Source: Octopus vulgaris (taxonomy: Eukaryota). Taken from it: a stretch of DNA of 64,000 nt. The first letter of the stretch is position 1, and each line of letters starts with the position of its first letter. The notes under the pieces are model-generated. The model searched no databases and was not told where the DNA came from. It was given only the letters and a program-made list of their open reading frames with translations. The stretch is from NCBI GenBank assembly GCA_951406725.2, contig OX597817.1:127534001-127598000 (forward strand), read 5' to 3'. Shown here one piece after another: positions 12,283-22,976 of the stretch. A program made the position numbers and the translations under genes.

Positions 12283-13536
12283 CAATAACAATGAAGATTG
12301 CTACAATTGGCCTAGACACCTACCTGAAAAACTCTGAGGACTGGATGCTAAAACTTGTCTCAAAACATGAAAACAAGAAAGCATCATACTCAGTCACAAA
12401 ACAGGCAAAGGAATATCTAAGTGAATTCCGAATACAACCAATTTCGGAGATAGATATACAAGAAACAAGCACAGAAAAAGCTAGGCGCATGAAAACCCGT
12501 GCCAAAACTGCGGCCTTAGATATTCTGAATAATAAATGGCAAAAAAAACCTCTCTATGGCAAATACCCAAAGAGAGCGAATAATGCAGATATCGACAAAG
12601 CCCTGACCCATCAATGGCTAATGGCCTCTGGCTTAAAATCTGAAACAGAGGGGTTTATCATAGCAGCTCAAGATCAATGCCTACCAACAAGAAACTACCA
12701 GGCCAACATATTAAAGATCAGAAGCAGTCCAACGTGTCGTGTATGCAAGCAACAAAATGAAACCATTGACCATGTGGTCTCCAAGTGCAGTCTTCTAGCG
12801 CCTACAGAGTATCTCAACAGGCACGATAGAGCTGCACAATATATTCACTGGGTAATCTGTAAAAACCTGGATTTGCCCCATGAAAAAAACTGGTGGGAAC
12901 ACAAACCACCCCCAGTGCTTGAAAATGACCACATCTCACTCCTCTGGAACTTCACCATTCAAACTGACAGGAAGATAGATGCAAATAGGCCAGACATCAT
13001 ATTGAAAAACTTCAAACAAAGAACATGCCTCCTCATTGATATGACTGTCCCAATCGATATAAACGTATCTGTCAAGACCTACCAAAAACTGAGCAAATAT
13101 AAAGATCTTGAAATAGAAATCAGCAAAATGTGGAAGCTGAAGACTAAAACAATACCTGTTGTCATAGGTGCCCTGGGAATGATAGCAAAAGGGGCTGATA
13201 GCTACCTAACTCAGATACCAGGAAACCCAAAAATGGCAGAAGTTCAAAAGATAGTGCTCATGGGAACTGCTCATATCCTACGCAAAATACTCTCTATGTA
13301 ATCTCAAGGTTTAAAACAAACATAATTTTCGGTTTAAAAAAAAAAAAAAAAAAAAAAAAACCTTTTTTTTTTTTTTTTTTTTTTTTTAGACATTCATTAG
13401 TACAACATCCCCACCCCCCAAATATATGGCACACTAGGCATAACAACAACATGAACTTCCAACCCTGTTGTCTCTTGAGGTCTCTGGGTGAGACTTGGAG
13501 CCAACTTGTACAAATATAAAGCAAAAGTCAAACATA

Positions 13537-13540
<4 letters not shown>
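12281..13540 (+). mobile_element. Young 5'-truncated R4/Dong-like LINE; intact 336-aa C-terminal ORF (12291-13301) with CCHC knuckle and restriction-like endonuclease
   Basis: CRVCKQQNETIDHVVSKC, RHD, RPDIILK..LIDMTVP..KLSKYKDL; no stops in the ORF; flanked by (AAT)n on both sides. Confidence 0.92.
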
Positions 13541-13570
<30 letters not shown>

Positions 13571-14592
13571 CTCGATCGCACTATCCGACAGACAATGACA
13601 ATGCATGGTGCCCAGAACCCTAAGGCGAATGTACACAAGCTCTTCATGAAGTAGTGTAAATGTGGACGTCGGCTGATTAGCGTACAGAAGTGCATCAACA
13701 GTGAAAGAAAAAACATGGTAAAATATTTGGTAAACAGCAACCAGGACCTGTTACAGTATGCTGCTAATGCTGGAGGATTTATCAAAAATGTATTTGATAG
13801 TGCTCATGAATTCCGATCATGAACAGCCAACGAGAGAGAAGAAACCCTACTCCGCGTGGAATTACATGGTCGGTTCCACCGCGAAACTAACAAATTAAAA
13901 GACCAGAAAGTATCATGGAAGTGCCTCAGCAAGAGTAACCTAAAAACGAATATTGAAATCCCAATCATCGCTGCTCAGGATCAGGCATTGGATACCAACT
14001 CAGTGAAAAGAGATATATACCACACAAGCGCAACGAACCTCCGCAGAATGTGTGGGAAGAGGGTCGAAAACGTAACTCACATTTTTAGTGCTTGTGGAAG
14101 TCTTGAGCAGAAAGAGTATAAGCGCAGACACGACAAAGTAGCCCAAAACTTTCACTGGCTACTATGCCAGAAGTGTGGATACCAGGTAACGGGTGCTTGG
14201 TACTAATATAGAAAAGGCAATGGACGGAAAGAGAAAGGCAAAAATACCCTGGGACTTTGGTTTCCAGACAGACAAGATGTTAGATCACCGAAGGCCGGAT
14301 ATAGTAACCGTTAGGAGGGACAAACAAGAGTGCCTTATAATCGACGTGGCAGTGCCAGGAGATAAAATTATTATCATGAAGGAAAGAGAAAATACTGAAA
14401 AATATGGAGGCCTGAGAAATGAGATCGCTAAGATGTGGCAGCAACGAGAGTCAAACATAAAGTTTGTCCCTATTGTCACCGAAGCATTGGGTTCAATACC
14501 AGCCAGCCAGAAGACACATCTGGAGACTTTAGAAATACGTACAATTTAGGGTGTAGTGCAAAAGTCGGCATTACTGGGAACTACTCACATAT
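13571..14592 (+). mobile_element. Decayed R4/Dong-like LINE 3' fragment
   Basis: IIAAQDQAL, RMCGKRVENVTHIFSAC, KRRHDKVA, RRPDIV..LIIDVAVPGD motifs with frameshifts. Confidence 0.88.
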
Positions 14593-15703
14593 GGTGGCAG
14601 AAACGTTAGCACGTCGGGCGAAATGCTTAGCGGTATTCATCCTTTCGGGGTCGATAAATTAAGTACCGGTTACGCACTGGAGGTCGATGTAATCGACAAT
14701 ACCTATATCTGTCCTTGTTTGTCCCCTCTGTGTTTAGCCCCTTGTGGGTAATAAAGAAATAGGTATTAAGTATTTTCTGTCTGAGGGCCTTGGTATAATT
14801 TGACTGACTGTACAAACCCCTAGTACAACAATATCTTCAATCAACAACAGCACGATATTGGATACTGTGCGACGTCTTAAATAATAATAACAACAACAAC
14901 TCAGAACGTTTTATGTTGACAAACAGTAAAGAAAATAACGTCAAGAATTTTTTTTGCGTCACCTTAACAGATACTCCAACTCGTCATTTTAGTTAATATC
15001 AATGATTATAATACTTTTTTGTTAGCCACGGGGGCCGCCCAAAAAATATTTAGGAAGATACAAAGACGAAATGGTCAGTGGTTATTTACATATGCATATG
15101 AACACAATGAAAGAGAAACAATTAATTAAAATAAAATAAAAACGTAAGTTCCTAATGGGGAAAGTATCATCCTGGTGTGACCAAGGAGCCCCATCCTAAG
15201 GCGAAATAAGATGTTTTGTCGGACTAACGGTTATGGATTACATAGTTATTCTATAGCCTCTTTGTACTATAGCCTCTTTGTACTAGTCAGTGCTTGCAAT
15301 ATTATCTACTCTCACTCGTTGAGCAGTCACCAAACTTTAATTGACAATGACATCTCAGTTAAACTTCTCTACGACTCTAACAAGTCCTATCCCTCCTAAA
15401 ATGGTTTGCATCAAGTGCCTGGTGCAGGAAAAGAAAAACTCAATTTCATACGATGTTTTACATTGGAGGGTTTTATTTATTCAGTGACAAACTATTCGAA
15501 GAGTTTCTGACCAATCTGTTATAGGTGAAATAAAATATGTTTTATCATCGGACTAATGATTATGAATTAACATATATATATATATATATATAATCCCCCC
15601 AAAACAGAAACCAAAGAAAAGATGCAACAAGAAAAAAAACAACAACGCGTGGACGTGATACATGCAAAGTATTAGCAAACGCCCAGGGAAGAAAAGAAAG
15701 GTA

Positions 15704-15738
15704 GTTTTACGTTTCGAGCAAAGCTCTTCTTGAGAAAC
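15704..15738 (-). ncRNA. Degenerate minimal hammerhead ribozyme motif (Penelope-type)
   Basis: Minus strand GTTT-CTCAAGA-A-GAGC-TTT-GCTC-GAAAC-GTA-AAAC: stems I and II pair and stem III is the palindrome ACGT; core has CUCA instead of CUGA. Confidence 0.55.
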
Positions 15739-16169
15739 AGGAGACAGAGAAAAGTCCAAGAGAAAAGGAAGATGGCGAGAAAAAAATCGCCAACGATCCA
15801 CATGTATTTCATTTTGAAATGACCGGAAAGGAATGGGTGGAGAAAAAGTTCCTTCTAAGAGTGGAGAGTGCAAGAGAAGGAGGTATCGGTGTGTATGTGT
15901 GGCTATGGGCGTGCGCGCAAATGTGTGTGTAATAGCGTGATACCATGTGTGTGTATGTGTGGTGTTTGCGTGTTATTGACTGTTTATATGTGTAAGTGAA
16001 CTTTGTGCCTGTTAAGGATCACATAAAGCTTTTTAAAAGGATAAGGAAAAGGAGCAAAATTACTTCGAAGATTCAGGTTTTTGGCCACCCTCGGTGTAAT
16101 GACGGCAATGAAGACGAAACTCTGAAATCAATGTCGAAACATCTCCTTGTTGAAATGACATGTATATCC

Positions 16170-16234
16170 ACACATACATATGTGAGTGAGTGTGGGTGCG
16201 TGTATACATGTAAGTATTTATAAACTTTCATAGT

Positions 16235-16283
<49 letters not shown>

Positions 16284-16480
16284 ATGTATATATGGATGTA
16301 TGGATGTATGTACATGTATATACACCGATATACGCATGATATAGATATATAAGTATATCTACATATGTATGTATGTGTTTATACACGCGCACACACTCAC
16401 TCACACACAAACACACACACACATATATATATACGTACACACGCATATGAGCGTGTGTGTACTTACGTACGTACATATGT

Positions 16481-16520
<40 letters not shown>

Positions 16521-16625
16521 TATGTACTTGTGTGTGTGTGTAGTTGGGGGGTATGTATACACGCGCGCACGCACGCACACATACACACATATGTGCGCAT
16601 ATGCATACGTACTTATGTATTATAT
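16170..16625. repeat. Compound (TA)n/(CA)n/(TG)n low-complexity tract
   Basis: Read directly from sequence. Confidence 0.9.
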
Positions 16626-17222
16626 TAAATTTTGTAAATAAATGATTTCATAGGCAAAAAAATGTGTCACGCTTAAGTTCTGTGAATAACAAATGATATT
16701 TCCTGATAAACACACATCGTTTTGATATATAAATATCGTCTTTGAAAGATTGTTTATGTGCTGATGTATAAAATAAATATGAATAATACACACACACAAA
16801 CACACAGACAGACATATTTCTATACATACATTGAAAAAGTAACATGTTTTCATATATACATGCATATACACAAACATACATTTCAACACACATACAATTA
16901 TATATTTATATTGACAAACTCAAGCATCAACTTTTCTACTTTCAGAATCTAATATATCTTTTTCTCTGGCTTTATGTGTATATATGTATGAGTATTTAGA
17001 TATTTATATATACTTATATGCATATATTTGTGTGTGCGTGTGTGTGTATGTGTGTGTATAAGTGTGTACATTTTCGTTTTTTGTTTTTTGCTTTTCCCAG
17101 TGCCCCATTTACTCGACTGCCGTTTAAGAATTTAAGAAAGAATGCAAACTATGTTCACAGAAAATATAACTTGTATAATTTTAGAAACATAAAATATTTC
17201 TATACCGTTAACAATAGCTTAT

Positions 17223-17601
17223 ACTAGCAGTACAGCCCGGCGTTGCTCGGGTTTGTTTCCACCCTTTAGAATTGGAATTTTTGAAAAGTAAAACTTTTGC
17301 ATTATGTAGCTTGTTATTCTCTTTAAAGGAACATTTTTCTGATTGAAATACACCGAAAAATGGCGACACAGCAGTCGAAAAGTTGTAAAAAATAGGGATT
17401 TTCATAGAAAAAAAAAACCTTTTTGATGTAAATATTTTTTGGTGTTAACATGGTCCGATTTGAATTGTTTTCCTACGAAATGAAGACCAAGCCTTCTATC
17501 ATACTCTCAATTTTGGTCAACTTGCACCGCAGGGTCTCGGAGGAGATAGTGTTAGTTGAAGGCTACCAAACCTGCCACACACACAGAGACAACTTCAGCT
17601 T

Positions 17602-17610
<9 letters not shown>
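17223..17610 (+). mobile_element. Non-autonomous Helitron/Helentron-type element
   Basis: Begins ACTAGCAGTACAGCCCGGCGTTGCTCGGGT (sub-terminal hairpin) and ends (CA/GA)-CAGCTTTATATA; homologous inverted copy at 63745-64000. Confidence 0.6.
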
Positions 17611-17633
<23 letters not shown>

Positions 17634-17772
17634 ACCACTTTCATTCCTGTATCAACTTGTGAGTAAATGCATTATTCTAACCGTTATTCCAATCATAAAA
17701 TATTAGGTTGAGGAAAAAGTTCGTGCGCAGCGTTAAAATAATGCTACTACTGACAAGCTTTAATTCCAAGCG

Positions 17773-17944
17773 ATAAGGAAATAGGAGAGTTCAATATTAG
17801 AAGTGATTCTGGAAGAGGGAGATATAGGAAGTATAAAGAGAAATATAAGTATAAAATTATTCTATACTCATATTTCCCTTTATACTTCCTATATCTCCCC
17901 CTTTCCAAAATAACATCTTATATTGAACTCTATTATTTCCTTAT
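17773..17944. repeat. Imperfect ~85-bp-arm palindrome (inverted terminal segment of a Penelope-like element)
   Basis: GGGGAGATATAGGAAGTATAAAG versus CTTTATACTTCCTATATCTCCCC and further matches; centre near 17858; directly precedes a hammerhead motif. Confidence 0.85.
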
Positions 17945-17959
17945 ATCGTCTCTCATATC

Positions 17960-18007
17960 GTCTCTGATGATGGGATATATCTTATATCCCTGAAACAGCT
18001 GTAAGAC
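17960..18007 (+). ncRNA. Minimal type I hammerhead ribozyme (Penelope-type)
   Basis: GTCT-CTGATGA-T-GGGATATA-TCT-TATATCCC-T-GAAAC-AGCT-GTA-AGAC: intact core, stem I GTCT/AGAC, 8-bp stem II, palindromic loop III, GUA cleavage triplet. Confidence 0.82.
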
Positions 18008-18178
18008 TACTTTTCTCTTTATAAATGTCCTAGAAATCTCACACTGCCTTGGCTTTCTTGTCACATTTTATTTAACATGCACACGCTCACGCACGACCCT
18101 CATTAGACTACTTACTCATACTGTTATCGAACCTTCCATAGCACTTACCTGCGTTTTGAGTCTTCTAGATACCAAAAC

Positions 18179-18242
<64 letters not shown>

Positions 18243-18449
18243 GGCGAATACTCGTTATAAATATCACCACCAGTGGCCTAGCATGTATAAAAAGTCAAAA
18301 GACAACATATTCGTATTTCAAAATAGAAAATTACCCTTTAATAGGTAATTTTGCATGCTAGAAATAGCAGCCAACACGGCCAAAAAACCACAATTTTATA
18401 GCAAATTTCGAAGTAAATGAAAAATAAAAGCCTTTACCTTGTTATATAA

Positions 18450-18561
18450 CGGTTATACCATGGTTTCGGATCACTTTAGCAGAATAATATCGTTTGCTAT
18501 CTTTTAATAGATAATTTAGCAAGACCATATTATCTCCCACGCGAATCCTCGTCAGTAACCG
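18450..18561 (-). ncRNA. Minimal type I hammerhead ribozyme with extended stem II
   Basis: Minus strand CGGTTA-CTGACGA-GGAT-(73 nt, partly self-complementary)-ATCC-GAAAC-CATG-GTA-TAACCG: full core, 6-bp stem I, palindromic loop III. Confidence 0.85.
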
Positions 18562-18729
18562 GCCTAAACAACTAGTTTATAACTCAGAGACAAGATAACA
18601 CGTGTCCCATCATTATATGCTATAATTTTTCAAATATCGCGCGCAGGCGTATTTACAGTCAGCAATAGATACAATGCCGAGCTGAAACTTCGAGAATGCT
18701 AAGAACATATTCATATATATATATATATA

Positions 18730-19190
18730 TATATGAATAAATAAATGAATGGAGTTGAACGAAGATGTTAACAAAATTCCTTTACTCTCGACGTTTCGAA
18801 GACAATAGACTTTACCCCGAAAGTGCTGCCAAAATTTGAAGCTAATAATCCCTGCTTCTAGTCACAAGGTCAATCATTTTACAGGGAGGGATCTAGTTGA
18901 TTACATCGACACCAGTACTTGGTTTATACTTGTTTTTTTCGACATCGAAAGGATGAAAGGCAAGAATTGACCTCGGCGGATTATCGTTTTGCTTACCATG
19001 TAGGCAGTCATCGCAATTTTTGTTTGTCTTGTTGTTGAGAGAGGCTCCCTTTCTTTCCTGATGAGAAGATTGCATCTTGCACCGTTTATTCCTTTGGAAT
19101 GAAACCATGTTGTCTTCGATACATATGTCGAGAGTAAAGGAATTTTGTTAACATCTTCGTTCAACTCCATTCATTTATTTATTCATATAT
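18730..19190. mobile_element. Penelope-like non-autonomous element with ~75-bp inverted repeats (18730-18803 and 19111-19190) and an internal SINE fragment
   Basis: ATGAATGGAGTTGAACGAAGATGTTAACAAAATTCCTTTACTCTCGAC has an exact reverse complement at about 19127-19174; adjacent to (TA)n; contains a hammerhead motif. Confidence 0.7.
19053..19134 (+). ncRNA. Hammerhead ribozyme motif with one core substitution
   Basis: CTTTC-CTGATGA-GAAGA-(43 nt)-TCTTC-GATAC-ATAT-GTC-GAGAG; the inverted partial copy at 18785-18803 keeps canonical GAAAC-GTC. Confidence 0.72.
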
Positions 19191-19332
19191 AACACACAAA
19201 TTTCTGCACATGAACCCGGAGTTTCTAGCCTTGGACAGGTCGCTTCAACCGTGTTTCTGACGAGAATTTGCTGCCCTGGTATCGGTTCATCGAATTTTCC
19301 ATGTTGACGGTAAACATAGGATAATTCATTCA

Positions 19333-19419
<87 letters not shown>

Positions 19420-19609
19420 CATGTATGTATGTATGTATGTATGTATGTATGTATGTATGTATGTATGTATGTATGTATGTATGCATGTATGCATATTTAC
19501 CTTAGGATATACGTATATACATACTACTAGTGGAGCAAAGACATTTATTGAATTTCTCCAATTATAGTTGTATCTGCTTCGAGAACCATTATTGCAAAAG
19601 TTATTATTT

Positions 19610-19980
19610 CACCTTCTCTCAAAGTTTAAGAATTTTGACGACAACAAGGATTTCTCGCTGGTTAGTATAAGGTTTGTAAAACACATACAGAAATTCGAGG
19701 GATTGCTTTAGAGGAAATGTAGGTCCAAGTCTTACAATTATCCTTCGTCTATTTTTTCTATCCGAAGGGTTTTGTTGACGATTTACGCGCTATTCTTTAA
19801 ACCTTTTATCTGCTTTAAGATACGTTACAATGAAGGATTATTTCACGTTCTCTCCACGTTTATAATTCTTATAACCTCGAGAATCAAGTTATAAATTGGT
19901 GCATTGATTTGCATCCTTATATAAGTAAGTTAACTTCTCTATTCGTTATATGGCAACATTCAGATGACTCATGTCAATAA
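19610..19980 (-). mobile_element. Possible decayed Penelope GIY-YIG endonuclease C-terminal relic
   Basis: Broken minus frames give TYI(R)M and NQREI..CCRQ..KFL, loosely like the PLE GIY-YIG tail LNKRSE..SKCRH..KFLL; adjacent to the hammerhead cluster. Confidence 0.25.
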
Positions 19981-20559
19981 AAGTGTGTGTATGTATACAT
20001 ATATATACACACACACATATATATATATAGAGAGAGAGGGGGGGAGAAGGAGGGAGAGAGAAGGAAAGTGTGTGTGTGTGTGTGTGTGTCAATATGGTTA
20101 TACAATGAAATTTTCACGTGAAGTACGTTTTTATTGTTTCTCTGACAACTTCTTTAAGACTTATACATCTTTACACAGACTTTGTGATGACATCGTCTTG
20201 AGAAGTAAAGAGATAAGATACGTTTGTCTTCAAGGTGTCTATCGCATTAATGTCAGTTGCTATTTAATATTTGTATTACCTGACTTAACGAGAAAATTTG
20301 ATTCAGAAATACTTTTTATTTTCTTTGCCGTTTATGATCAAATCTACATTTTAGTTTCTATTTTTATATTTTTTTAAAAATAATTTATTGGTATTTTTAT
20401 TTTTCGTTTTCATCACATTGTCAGCTGACAAAGATAGACTTGTCTAGGAAAGTAACAATTTTTCTTCTTAAGGCAGTAATTTTGTATCCTTCCATTTCTC
20501 TTTCAGTAACTCCATGGTGGGTATCTGAGCTGTTATTTTAATCGCGACCGAGAAAGACA

Positions 20560-21410
20560 AAACGAACTTTCGCTGCTTAGCCTCGGGTGAGACCTGATTG
20601 TGAAGTTCAAATCTCGCTCAAACTGAGTTTGCTTTTCATTATTCATCAATGCAAAGAAAAAAAGACGTTCTAGTAAGAACTAGTTGAGACTGATGGAAAT
20701 TACTAACCATTCCCCAAAAGGTATGGCATATGCTCGAGAGAATTATGATAAATTTTGTCTGAATTTCTAAGGTGAAGAATCGTCATTGTTATCACGTCAG
20801 ACAAAATGCTTAGCGGTATTTTTCTTCGCTATACGCTGAGTTCAAATTCCGCCGAGGTCGATTCTTGCCTTTCATCCTTTCGATGTCGAGAAAACAAGAA
20901 TAAGCCAACTACTGGTGTTGATGTAATCAATAAGATCCCTCCCTCTAAAATGATTGACCTTGTAATCAGAAGCAGGGATTATTAGCTTCAAATTTTGGCA
21001 GCACTTTCAGGGTAAACTCTATTACACCGACCCCAATGCTTTATTGGTACTTATTTCATCGACCTGGAAATAATGAATGGTAAATCGATCTCCGCAGAAT
21101 CTGAAATCAGAACGTAAAGACGAACGAATTGCCGCTAAGTATCTTAACCGGGTGTGCCAACAATTCTGCCAGCTCGGCGCCTTAATCTAGAAAGGATTAT
21201 TATAAGACAGGATTATTGTGAGCTGACAGAATTGTGAGAGCGTCGGAAAACTGCATTGTGGTATTGCCTCAAGCTCTTTACTTTCCGAATTCGAATCCCG
21301 TCGAGGTCAACTTTGCTTTCAATATTCCCAGGGTCGATATAATAAAGTGTCAGTCAATTACTAGGTCGGTGCTGTCGACTGGCCACATTTCACGAATTTG
21401 CTGGTCTTGT
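20560..21410. mobile_element. Cluster of family A SINE copies in alternating orientation
   Basis: Repeated GAGTTCAAATTCCGCCGAGGTCGA / GCCTTTCATCC motifs on both strands. Confidence 0.7.
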
Positions 21411-22202
21411 ATCTTAACCAGAGACCAAGTGTTACGCACTAATATATTTGGACTAATTGCCTCATCTTGATTATCATTGTCACACTGTTTCAACCATTAA
21501 GTTTCAGTTGTTAAGTGTAATAGTTTAGTTAGATGACGTAAGTTCGGTCTCTGTGCTATTCAGTCCAACAATTTATAAAAGTCTGGTTCAAGTTGAGCGA
21601 TCACTTGACATCACGCGTAGGAAAATAACTTATCTGGGAACACATTTGGCATGGACAATGGAATGAAGACAATCTACTGCTGAGTGGGTTAATAAATCCG
21701 CGGGAGTAGATTCAAAATTCAACACTCTAATAATACCGCCATTCCAGCGTCTTAACAATCCCGAAATGTTGAATGTTAAAGTTGATGTCAGTAGATCTTG
21801 AACTCAGTTCAGAGAGTCGAATTGAAAACCACCCCAACCTATCTGGCAGTTCTACCCACTCTGATTTGGATGTAGTATTTTGTAAATAGGTTGTGCTGCT
21901 ATTCACAAATTTATTTACATTTTAAGAAGTAGCTTTCCTGTTACTGCCGTTCTGTAGCTTGGAAGGAAGAGGTAGCCGAATTCTTGATAGCCGACCTGTA
22001 ACAATTTTCTGTATCTTCTCTCCCCACACCCCCTGAATACATTTTTCGCAACAAATTCAGATATAATCGGAATCAAGACCCTCTTAAGCATATTTGTGGA
22101 AAAAGTAATTGAAAAATATTCATTCTACTGGAAGTTATGACGAAACAAAGCTGGTGGGGCACATTTGTATATGTATACGCAAGGCTTTATGCATGTATAC
22201 TA

Positions 22203-22415
22203 TTTTACTCTTTACTCTTTTACTTATTTCAGTCACTTGACTGTGGCCATGCTGGAGCACCGCCTTTAGTCGAGCAAATCGACCCCAGGACTTATTCTTT
22301 GTAAGCCCAGTACTTATTCTAGAGGTCTCTTTTGCCGAACTGCTAAGTTACGGGGACGTAAACACACCAGTATCGGTTGTCAAGCGATGTTGGTGAGACA
22401 AACACTGACACACAA

Positions 22416-22481
<66 letters not shown>

Positions 22482-22635
22482 GACGAGCTTCTTTCAGTTA
22501 CCGTCTACCAAATCCACTCAGAAGGCTTTGATCGGCCCGAGGCTATAGTAGAAGACACTTGCCCAAGGTGCCACGCAGTGGGTCTGAACCCGGAATCATG
22601 TGTTCGTATGCAAGGTACTTACCACAAAGCCACCG
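22203..22635 (-). mobile_element. tRNA-derived SINE, family B (ACCTTGGGCAAG core, internal (TA/TG)n, TAAAAGAG-repeat tail)
   Basis: Reverse complement of GTGGCTGTGTGGTAAG...CCGGGTTCAG...GGCACCTTGGGCAAGTGTCTTCTACTATAGCC...GGTGCTCCAGCATGGCC; many copies in the window. Confidence 0.85.
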
Positions 22636-22673
22636 TTTTGGCATTTGGTTTGCAAGATTCTTTAAGTGAGTTC

Positions 22674-22737
<64 letters not shown>

Positions 22738-22976
22738 GAGCAAAGGAGAAAAAACCCTACATTGTAGCTAGAGCTTCTCTTAAGAGCATTCTATTTTCCC
22801 TCAAATTTAAGTAGTCGGCTGGAATTCGCTGTACCGTACTTCACACAAGTGCCTTAACCAATTTCTTGCCAGAAAGATGGATATTTTCTGGTGCAATTTT
22901 CTAAAAACACCCTACAGATGGTGTCTAGTCAGACTATATCGGAATTTGTTATGAAATAACTTTTGTGAACAATATG

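Noticed and set aside
16100-16150. Possible hammerhead (AATGAAGAC..GTCGAAAC)
   Set aside because: CUGA core and stems I and III are not recoverable
20184-20284. C/D-box snoRNA-like pair (GTGATGA..CTGA)
   Set aside because: No terminal stem, no recognisable rRNA guide and no host intron
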